Origin: an uncultured virus (IMG/VR IMGVR_UViG_3300034358_000003)
Taxonomy: Duplodnaviria; Heunggongvirae; Uroviricota; Caudoviricetes
Length of the DNA: 36,997 nucleotides
Direction: 5' to 3' (one strand)
IMG/VR virus record: IMGVR_UViG_3300034358_000003
The notes under the pieces are model-generated. The model was not told the origin of the DNA. It made no database searches and saw only the letters and a list, made by a program, of their open reading frames with translations. The position numbers were made by a program, and so were the translations under genes. Of the stretch, positions 8,875 through 14,879 are shown one piece after another; within the stretch, counting starts at the first letter, position 1, and every line of letters begins with the position of its first letter.

Positions 8875-9246
8875 TTAAATCTTGTACTCCGAATATTTGT
8901 CGTTGCCAACTATGATCTGATGCTTCACTATTATCTCAGTGCTTGGTATCCAATACTCAGAACCATCAGCAGTCAATACGTACAAAATATCGCAAGAGTT
9001 ACTGTCAAAGTTTTTATGAGTGTACAGCGAAGAACTCTTCAAGTCAACCCTGTATCCACCATATTTACCTTCACATCTGGAAGTCTTTACCTGAACTCGT
9101 TTCAAACTGCCGTCATCAATAATCAAGTCATAGGACTGTGAGTCATTGAGAGGCAAGCTTACAGTGTAACCCTTCATGGTTGAAAAGGCTATACAGCGTC
9201 CCATACCAACATTACCCTGCATCTTTGTGTTTTCCTGAGACAGCAT
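8875..9246 (-). CDS. PD-(D/E)XK endonuclease (homing-type)
   Basis: P..DSQSYDLIID..RVQVKT motif; AGGAG RBS; within tRNA array. Confidence 0.8.
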   Translation of the reverse strand: MLSQENTKMQGNVGMGRCIAFSTMKGYTVSLPLNDSQSYDLIIDDGSLKRVQVKTSRCEGKYGGYRVDLKSSSLYTHKNFDSNSCDILYVLTADGSEYWIPSTEIIVKHQIIVGNDKYSEYKI

Positions 9247-9260
9247 AAGACTCCTTCATT

Positions 9261-9334
9261 TGGTCGCCAGAGAAGGTAACGCTCCTTCGTTTCGGAGTTA
9301 TCAGCTCCACGTTCTACTTTTGAACTATCCGGCA
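9261..9334 (-). tRNA. tRNA-Ile(GAT)
   Basis: TGGAG-CTGATAA-CTCCG; T-loop AGCGTTA atypical; CCA. Confidence 0.8.
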
Positions 9335-9341
9335 ATTTGTT

Positions 9342-9416
9342 TGGTAGTCACTAGTGGGATCGAACCACTCTAAAAGGCTTCGTAGACCTTTGCCTAATCC
9401 AATCGGCCAAGCGACT
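9342..9416 (-). tRNA. tRNA-Arg(ACG)
   Basis: AAGGT-CTACGAA-GCCTT; GGTTCGATCC; CCA. Confidence 0.9.
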
Positions 9417-9422
9417 ATTGTT

Positions 9423-9496
9423 TGGTGCCCCATCACAGAATCGAACTGCGTTCTCAGCGTTACAAAGGCCGAGTAATACCAATATACTAAAAGGGC
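9423..9496 (-). tRNA. tRNA-Thr(TGT)
   Basis: Loop TTTGTAA, GTTCGATT, CCA; C31-C39 mismatch. Confidence 0.85.
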
Positions 9497-9599
9497 GGAA
9501 TTTGGTTTGTTGTAGTGGGTCATTAAAGCCACTGCTGTTGTTCCAGACCAACTCACTCATCTGGCAGACTCAAGCTCCGAATTGCCTTCGGGCTGGATT

Positions 9600-9675
9600 T
9601 GGCGGCTCATAGGGAATTCGAATCCCTCCTTCCTGATAGACAGTCAAGCGTGCTAACCGCTAACACTAATGAGCC
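9600..9675 (-). tRNA. tRNA-Asp(GTC)
   Basis: CTTGA-CTGTCTA-TCAGG; G73-CCA. Confidence 0.9.
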
Positions 9676-9679
9676 ATGT

Positions 9680-9756
9680 TGGTACTCCCACAGGGATTCG
9701 AACCCTGTTCCCCTGATTGAAAGTCAGGAATCCTAGACCAGATAGACGATGGGAGC
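9680..9756 (-). tRNA. tRNA-Glu(TTC)
   Basis: CCTGA-CTTTCAA-TCAGG; GGTTCGAATCC; CCA. Confidence 0.9.
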
Positions 9757-9764
9757 ATTAATCT

Positions 9765-9893
9765 TTAGTTGCCAGAAACAGGATGCTTATCCTTGTTGCG
9801 GCCTTTGTTCGGATGACGACCTTTGCTGTCTTTCAAGCGTGTCTTGTCAACCGGAGCATGTTCTTTTGTTGCATCGTATGGACGTTGTGCCAT
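9765..9893 (-). CDS. 42-aa basic peptide (MAQRPYDATK...PVSGN), not in ORF track
   Basis: AAGGAG RBS and its own promoter; manual translation. Confidence 0.65.
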   Translation of the reverse strand: MAQRPYDATKEHAPVDKTRLKDSKGRHPNKGRNKDKHPVSGN

Positions 9894-9926
9894 CTCTTTC
9901 TCTCCTTTTGTGTAATTCATATGAGT

Positions 9927-9955
9927 ATTAAAACATGGGATTCAGTATCTGTCAA
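9927..9955 (-). promoter_or_regulatory. Internal sigma70-type promoter in tRNA array
   Basis: TTGACA-17 nt-TTTAAT with extended TG. Confidence 0.65.
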
Positions 9956-9987
9956 CCACTATTTTAAATTCTTTTGCACTATCTTGT

Positions 9988-10064
9988 TGGTAGCCCTACT
10001 TGGATTCGAACCAAGTCTATCAACTTAGAAGGATGATGTGCTAATTCCCTTACACTATAAGGCC
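9988..10064 (-). tRNA. tRNA-Arg(TCT)
   Basis: Loop CTTCTAA; GGTTCGAATCC; CCA. Confidence 0.9.
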
Positions 10065-10072
10065 ATATAAAT

Positions 10073-10150
10073 TGGCGGGCCAGCTAGGAATCGAACCCAG
10101 TCCGCAAGGATTTGGAATCCCGCATGCATTTGCCATAACAACCCAGACCC
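10073..10150 (-). tRNA. tRNA-Trp(CCA)
   Basis: Loop TTCCAAA; GGTTCGATTCC; G73-CCA. Confidence 0.8.
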
Positions 10151-10151
10151 T

Positions 10152-10382
10152 TTATTTCGTTTGTTGCACTTTGCTGATCAAGCCAAGATTTTTGTGGAGT
10201 TGATCATATCGTTGCTTCTCTTCTGCGTCCATCATATCAACGTGGTACTCTCTGCAACATTCACAGTAGAACACACTATTGAGACGGTAGCAAGCAGTTT
10301 TTAAAGCTTTCAGTCTGTGCGGTGTGAGCTTTGCCAGCTCTACTTCATCAAACTGCACATCCATTGCTTCGCTAGATTTCAT
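10152..10382 (-). CDS. Hypothetical protein (YCECC motif)
   Basis: AGGAG RBS before ATG 10382. Confidence 0.65.
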   Translation of the reverse strand: MKSSEAMDVQFDEVELAKLTPHRLKALKTACYRLNSVFYCECCREYHVDMMDAEEKQRYDQLHKNLGLISKVQQTK

Positions 10383-10495
10383 GATCAACTCCTATTAGAT
10401 TCGAAGGAGACATTTATAACACGCAGTCTCCAGTGCGTCAAGTCATGTGTTGGTTACATGACAACATCCCAAGGCGCTTGAAGCTTCAGGTTGTT

Positions 10496-10614
10496 TGGTT
10501 TGAATGACTCAAGGTTACGAGTAGTGGACACTGCCCCTCCTGTAGTCGTTCTGCTGTTTTATCTCCACAACAATAGCAGACACTTCGGCTATAAGGCAAG
10601 GCCAGTCATTCAAA
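10496..10614 (-). ncRNA. 119-nt rod-like CCA-ended RNA
   Basis: Perfect 11-bp terminal stem TTTGAATGACT/AGTCATTCAAA directly followed by CCA; nested TGCCTT/GGGGCA and TCTGCT/AGCAGA stems. Confidence 0.55.
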
Positions 10615-10616
10615 TT

Positions 10617-10692
10617 TGGAAGAGGATGCTGGAATCGAACCAGCCTAAACGGAGTCAAAGTCCGGTGCCTAACGCCAATCGGCCAACCCTCA
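10617..10692 (-). tRNA. tRNA-Gln(TTG)
   Basis: Loop CTTTGAC; GGTTCGATTCC; CCA. Confidence 0.85.
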
Positions 10693-10839
10693 ATTAATTA
10701 GATCCGAGAGCGTCATCCAGATGGCCATCCTTCAGTTGCTCTCTAGTCACGTTTCATCCGCTTTGTGAACCACACCCTTTCAGGTGCCCGCCGAGGCTTG
10801 GGAGGGAATCGAACCCTAACGCGATTACTTTGTGATGTT

Positions 10840-10913
10840 TGGTGCTTCGTGAAGGAATTGAACCTCCGTCTGCTGCGTGTAAAGCAGCGGCCCTACCATT
10901 AGACGAACGAAGC
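10840..10913 (-). tRNA. tRNA-Val(TAC)
   Basis: GCTGC-TTTACAC-GCAGC; CCA. Confidence 0.9.
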
Positions 10914-10921
10914 ATGTATCT

Positions 10922-11008
10922 TGGTGGGGATAATAGGAGTCGAACCTACATGACCTCACGGCCCACAGGGTTTGAACCTGCTGCGAATACCAGTTCCGCC
11001 ATATCCCC
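10922..11008 (-). tRNA. tRNA-Leu(CAA)
   Basis: GCAGG-TTCAAAC-CCTGT; long variable arm; CCA. Confidence 0.9.
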
Positions 11009-11015
11009 GTTTGTT

Positions 11016-11105
11016 TGGAGGCGAGTGTGGGATTCGAACCCACGGAGCCATTTCTGACTCGCTAGTTTTCTAAACTAGAGCAATCGTCCACTCTACCAAC
11101 TCGCC
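11016..11105 (-). tRNA. tRNA-Ser(AGA)
   Basis: CTAGT-TTAGAAA-ACTAG; long Ser-type variable arm; GGTTCGAATCC; U73-CCA. Confidence 0.85.
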
Positions 11106-11207
11106 GGAATTTAGATCAGCTTAATTGGGACTCTTACCCCTGCAATGCATCAAGACTCGCTGACTCATTCTTGTGCAGTTTTTCATATCGGGAGCGACCC
11201 GAGCATT

Positions 11208-11295
11208 TGGCAGTAGATGTCAGATTCGAACTGACGGGACTGTTACATCCTACGGATTAGCAATCCGTTGCTTTCGGCCTCTCAGCCAATCTACT
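11208..11295 (-). tRNA. tRNA-Ser(GCT)
   Basis: ACGGA-TTGCTAA-TCCGT; long variable arm; G73-CCA. Confidence 0.9.
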
Positions 11296-11300
11296 ATGTT

Positions 11301-11426
11301 TGGTACGACAGAGTGGAATCGAACCACCCATCCGTTCCCCGCTAAAGGAACCTTAATGCATAAAAGACCCATACCACGCCTCAACCTCGTTTCGAACCGA
11401 CGAAGGATTGTGTTGCATTCTGCCGT
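11301..11426 (-). ncRNA. 126-nt tRNA-like RNA with canonical acceptor/T arm but expanded D region
   Basis: ACGGCAG/CTGTCGT + A + CCA; GGTGG-TTCGATT-CCACT; no 7-nt anticodon loop; second GGTTCGAA motif inside. Confidence 0.65.
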
Positions 11427-11432
11427 ATTGTT

Positions 11433-11508
11433 TGGTGAAACGCCAAGGAATCGAACCTTGCAAACTCAGATTAAAAGTCTGATGCCTAAACCGATCGGCC
11501 TGCGTCTC
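11433..11508 (-). tRNA. tRNA-Lys(TTT)
   Basis: TCAGA-CTTTTAA-TCTGA; GGTTCGATTCC; CCA. Confidence 0.9.
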
Positions 11509-11514
11509 AATTGT

Positions 11515-11832
11515 TTACTTAGCGAAGTTGAAGACTGGGGCCAATGGTTTATCCGTTAGCTCATCCGGTTCATCAGTTCCTTTAGCCAGTTGAATCTTCA
11601 GTGCCACATCGGCTTTGATAAGATTCGTGTACATATCAACCAATACTTGTTTCATTCGGAAACGTTCTTTAGCTGGAATGGACTCATCATCGCTGATTTC
11701 GATCATCTTGTCAAGCGATTGTCCATAAATCTTTTTAAGAATTTTGAGTCCTGTTTCAAACTCTGTCTTTGTCACCCCACGTGCGGCCACTTCAGCCTTT
11801 GTTGGACGACCACCTTTATTCTTCTGTTCCAT
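11515..11832 (-). CDS. Putative terminase small subunit
   Basis: 105 aa, N-terminal KGGRPTK motif, helical core; same strand upstream of terL; GAGG RBS. Confidence 0.5.
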   Translation of the reverse strand: MEQKNKGGRPTKAEVAARGVTKTEFETGLKILKKIYGQSLDKMIEISDDESIPAKERFRMKQVLVDMYTNLIKADVALKIQLAKGTDEPDELTDKPLAPVFNFAK

Positions 11833-11947
11833 TGCTATACCTCATATTTAGTTGTGAGTGGTAGACTTACTACCCGAAAGGAGGAGGAAACAGGTATGCT
11901 CCACTCACGTAACTTATAAGACAGATTTCTTCCGTCTAAGTACAGTG

Positions 11948-11975
11948 AGTATACCATGATTACACAGTCTGTCAA
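11948..11975 (-). promoter_or_regulatory. sigma70-type promoter for putative terS/tRNA array
   Basis: TTGACA-16 nt-TATACT with extended TG. Confidence 0.75.
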
Positions 11976-11989
11976 CCCCTGAAAAGAAA

Positions 11990-12184
11990 TTAATTCTCTT
12001 TTAGTGGCATTGGACTTGTTGCACCATCAACTGGATATCGTCCGCACACATACTCTCGTTCTGTATATGAATTGTATACAAGAAATCTGCACACACTACA
12101 GAGGTCTTCTTCTTTCTGTGCGAGCTTATTCCAAGCCGGACTATCATTATTGATCAGCGGTACATCGCAGCACTTGCATCTCAT
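11990..12184 (-). CDS. Small Cys-rich hypothetical protein (possible Zn finger)
   Basis: CKCC...CSVC; AAGGA RBS. Confidence 0.6.
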   Translation of the reverse strand: MRCKCCDVPLINNDSPAWNKLAQKEEDLCSVCRFLVYNSYTEREYVCGRYPVDGATSPMPLKEN

Positions 12185-12280
12185 TGTTAGGTATCCTTAT
12201 ATTATTTAGGGTTATTTCATACAATCTCCTTATGAATCAGTTATTTAGGTGTTTGTATGTATTGGTTATTGTATTTGATT

Positions 12281-12570
12281 TCTCATGACGCTGAGTTTCG
12301 TATTGGAAGATAGAACTGTCCCAAGGAAAGCCATACTGGAAACCCAGCCTCGACCTACCTTGGTTCTATCTTCCCACATCTCATGACGCTTGAGATCGTG
12401 ATTGGCCTGCATTGGCAGGAGATGGCTTCCCATCAGACTCTGATCATTCCACCTTTCGGTGTAGTCGCTACGCTTTAATCAGATTAGAACTCAGCTTGCC
12501 CAGTAGCTTCCTCTTCATAGGCATGTACCCTGATGGCCGGTGAGTGCATTCGACATATCTCTCCATCAGT
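12281..12570 (-). ncRNA. Candidate ~290-nt highly structured RNA (or DNA origin element)
   Basis: About ten nested inverted repeats starting at the expected TSS of the 12577-12605 promoter; no long ORF. Confidence 0.5.
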
Positions 12571-12576
12571 TTTTCC

Positions 12577-12605
12577 ATACTAACATTACAATACGCCCAC
12601 GTCAA
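12577..12605 (-). promoter_or_regulatory. Leftward sigma70-type promoter
   Basis: TTGACG-17 nt-TAGTAT with extended TG. Confidence 0.7.
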
Positions 12606-12618
12606 GTCCAAAATGAGC

Positions 12619-12646
12619 TTGACAGAACAGGAATCTATGTTAATAT
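12619..12646 (+). promoter_or_regulatory. Rightward sigma70-type promoter (back-to-back with previous)
   Basis: TTGACA-16 nt-TAATAT with extended TG. Confidence 0.65.
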
Positions 12647-12678
12647 CGGGACTTAATCAATCAAACAAGGAGAACCCC

Positions 12679-13101
12679 ATGACCGATTATGTTGACGTAG
12701 TGGAACACAACCCCATCGTCTTCGTCAAGGCCATCACAGAAAAATTAGCTGAAGGTTACGTTGTACAGAACACCATTGCAGGTTTCCCAACCTTTGGAGC
12801 TGGTGTCAACTTCGTAAGACTCTTTAAGGGTGAGCCACGCTCTGGTGTGATCCTCCCAGAAGGCTTTACAGGCATGATTGAACACTATGAGCCAATGCCC
12901 TTCGTCCTGCTGCTTGAAAGCGCTGTACGGGCCGGATACAGGTTCAAGGATAGTGGTGCACACTTTATCGACGAACGCAGCTTCAAGAGTGTTCAGATGG
13001 AACTTGTGAAGGACGAACCAAAAACACCAGCAAAGAAAGCTGCTCCAAAGAAAGAGCTGAAAGCTGAACCAACTATTGATGAATTGAAAGGAGATGAATA
13101 A
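12679..13101 (+). CDS. Hypothetical protein
   Basis: AAGGAG RBS before ATG 12679. Confidence 0.75.
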   Translation: MTDYVDVVEHNPIVFVKAITEKLAEGYVVQNTIAGFPTFGAGVNFVRLFKGEPRSGVILPEGFTGMIEHYEPMPFVLLLESAVRAGYRFKDSGAHFIDERSFKSVQMELVKDEPKTPAKKAAPKKELKAEPTIDELKGDE

Positions 13102-13448
13102 TGTCTAAACTGACAAAAGCACAACGCGAGTTTTTCCGTGAGTTTGCTCGCAACGACCTTAGCAACACTTTGTTCCCACTTCTGGCAGGACAAGGTATTA
13201 CATTTACACCAGAGCTTGCAGCCTCGCTGTTGGATATGGTTGATCTTGAAGCGTACACAGAGATTGTTGGTGCAGCGTTCCTTGAGCGTGTTGACTTCGC
13301 CACCATCAAACGTGTTGACAAGATCATGAAGAGCGATGAGTTCAACAATGTTATCGTAGCCTCTCATCAAGTGTCTGATGCTGTACACGAAGAACGCATG
13401 CGTATCCTCGTTGCACTATCGCCAGCAGAGGACGAAGACGCAGAGTAA
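13101..13448 (+). CDS. Hypothetical protein
   Basis: AGGAG RBS, TAATG coupling. Confidence 0.75.
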   Translation: MSKLTKAQREFFREFARNDLSNTLFPLLAGQGITFTPELAASLLDMVDLEAYTEIVGAAFLERVDFATIKRVDKIMKSDEFNNVIVASHQVSDAVHEERMRILVALSPAEDEDAE

Positions 13449-13454
13449 TCTTTC

Positions 13455-13477
13455 AGGGCACTTCGGTGCCCTCTTTC
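13455..13477 (+). terminator. UUCG hairpin/weak terminator
   Basis: AGGGCAC-TTCG-GTGCCCT-CTTTC. Confidence 0.5.
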
Positions 13478-13492
13478 ATGGAGGTACAAACA

Positions 13493-14269
13493 ATGGCTAA
13501 AAGAAATCAAGCAAAGGTTATTGGTAAACGCTGGGAAGAGAAAGAAGATCGTGGTCGTGAAGTTAAGCCTAAGTTTGAAGAGGCACGTGCAGATGGACGC
13601 ACCAAAGCCAACACAACGCCGCTGAAGCCACGCAACGATAAACAAGCAGCGTATATCCAGTCTATCAAAGAAAACCCTCTCACCATCGCCACAGGCTACG
13701 CTGGCACATCTAAAACGTATATCCCAACTGTCATGGCATGTGATGCCTACCTTAAAGGTGAGATTGACAAGATTGTGTTCGTGCGTCCTAACATCTCCAA
13801 CAGTAAATCTCTTGGTATGTTTAAGGGTAGTGCAGTAGAGAAGATGGAGATGTGGCTGATGCCAGTTATCAATATCCTTAAAGATCGTCTGACACCGGGT
13901 GGACTTGAGACAGCCATTGAGAATGGTAACATTCAATATGTACCTCTTGAAGTGTTGAAAGGTTTCAGTGCTGAGAAGTGTTTCTTTATTGTTGACGAAG
14001 GCGAAGACATTAACCAAGAGGAAGCCAAGAACATCGTTACCCGTCAAGGTAAGGACTGTAAGATGGTTATCTCTGGTGATGTTAGCCAAAGTGCTCTGAA
14101 GAGCTTTAGCGGTTTGAGAATGCTTACTCGTATGGCACAGCGTCACACACACTTGCCAATTGGTTTCATTGACTTCAACCATGTAAACGACATTGAGCGT
14201 AGCCAAGCCTGTAAAGATTGGATCATCGCTTTTGAGAAGGACACCCGAGAAGGAGTTAAATATGAGTGA
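13493..14269 (+). CDS. phoH: PhoH family ATPase
   Basis: P.N.KQ..Y, GYAGTSKT, IVDEGED, TRQG, GDVSQ motifs; GGAGG RBS. Confidence 0.9.
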   Translation: MAKRNQAKVIGKRWEEKEDRGREVKPKFEEARADGRTKANTTPLKPRNDKQAAYIQSIKENPLTIATGYAGTSKTYIPTVMACDAYLKGEIDKIVFVRPNISNSKSLGMFKGSAVEKMEMWLMPVINILKDRLTPGGLETAIENGNIQYVPLEVLKGFSAEKCFFIVDEGEDINQEEAKNIVTRQGKDCKMVISGDVSQSALKSFSGLRMLTRMAQRHTHLPIGFIDFNHVNDIERSQACKDWIIAFEKDTREGVKYE

Positions 14270-14864
14270 AGATAAGCCAAACCGTATCATGGTGAACCAG
14301 CACGTTTCCAATGAGTACCACCTGCGTCTTGCACGCCCCATTACAGACATTGATGACTTTGAGGAAGAGTTCCAACTGTTTGCTGGAGCTGGAGAACGTG
14401 ATGTAATCCACATTGATATCGTTACGCCGGGTGGCTCTCTTGATACGGGCCACATGCTTCGCCGTGCTATTTCTAACACCGCTGCACACACAATCGGCTA
14501 TATTGGGCCAACCTGTGCGTCTGCTGGTACAGCCATCGCACTAGCCTGTGAAGAGTGGGAGATTGATGAGATGTCGTCTTTCATGATCCACACAGCGAGC
14601 TACGGCTACGTTGGTATGGCACCACACGTCAAAGCTCACGTCGATCACAGCGACAAGATGATTAACCGTTTCGTGCGTACCACGTATGCGGGTTTCCTGA
14701 CTGAAGATGAGATTGAACGTGTGATTGATGGTAAAGAGGTGTACTTTGAAGGTGATGAGCTTGCTCAACGTCTGTCGTCTTACGCTGTTTACCGTGACGC
14801 CATGCGTGAAGCCTACGTCGAGGAAGAGGAAGAAGGGGTTGACACAGACCCGTTCGCCCAGTAA
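14262..14864 (+). CDS. ClpP-like serine protease
   Basis: TPGGS, CASAG (Ser) and FMIH (His) motifs. Confidence 0.8.
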   Translation: MSEDKPNRIMVNQHVSNEYHLRLARPITDIDDFEEEFQLFAGAGERDVIHIDIVTPGGSLDTGHMLRRAISNTAAHTIGYIGPTCASAGTAIALACEEWEIDEMSSFMIHTASYGYVGMAPHVKAHVDHSDKMINRFVRTTYAGFLTEDEIERVIDGKEVYFEGDELAQRLSSYAVYRDAMREAYVEEEEEGVDTDPFAQ

Positions 14865-14867
14865 GAT
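14839..14867 (+). promoter_or_regulatory. sigma70-type promoter
   Basis: TTGACA-17 nt-TAAGAT. Confidence 0.6.
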
Positions 14868-14879
14868 ACGACCCCATGA

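Noticed and set aside
7056..11205. tRNA-associated HDV-like (theta), hammerhead or pistol ribozymes in spacers
   Set aside because: Could not fit the nested P1/P1.1/P2/P3 pattern or CUGAUGA/GAAA cores by eye; a motif search would be needed to exclude them fully
11301..11426. tmRNA
   Set aside because: Only 126 nt, no tag reading frame and no G3.U70 pair
7243..11508. Suppressor tRNA or stop-codon recoding
   Set aside because: No CTA, TTA or TCA anticodon found (10922-11008 reads CAA in a 7-nt loop); genes translate intact in the standard code
7043..11559. Short ORF-track entries overlapping tRNAs (7339-7569, 8484-8702, 9314-9560, 10825-11057, 11173-11559)
   Set aside because: They coincide with tRNA genes and lack RBSs
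12281..12570. Group I intron or retron msr-msd
   Set aside because: Only vague resemblance to R/S motifs, no interrupted gene and no reverse transcriptase in the window
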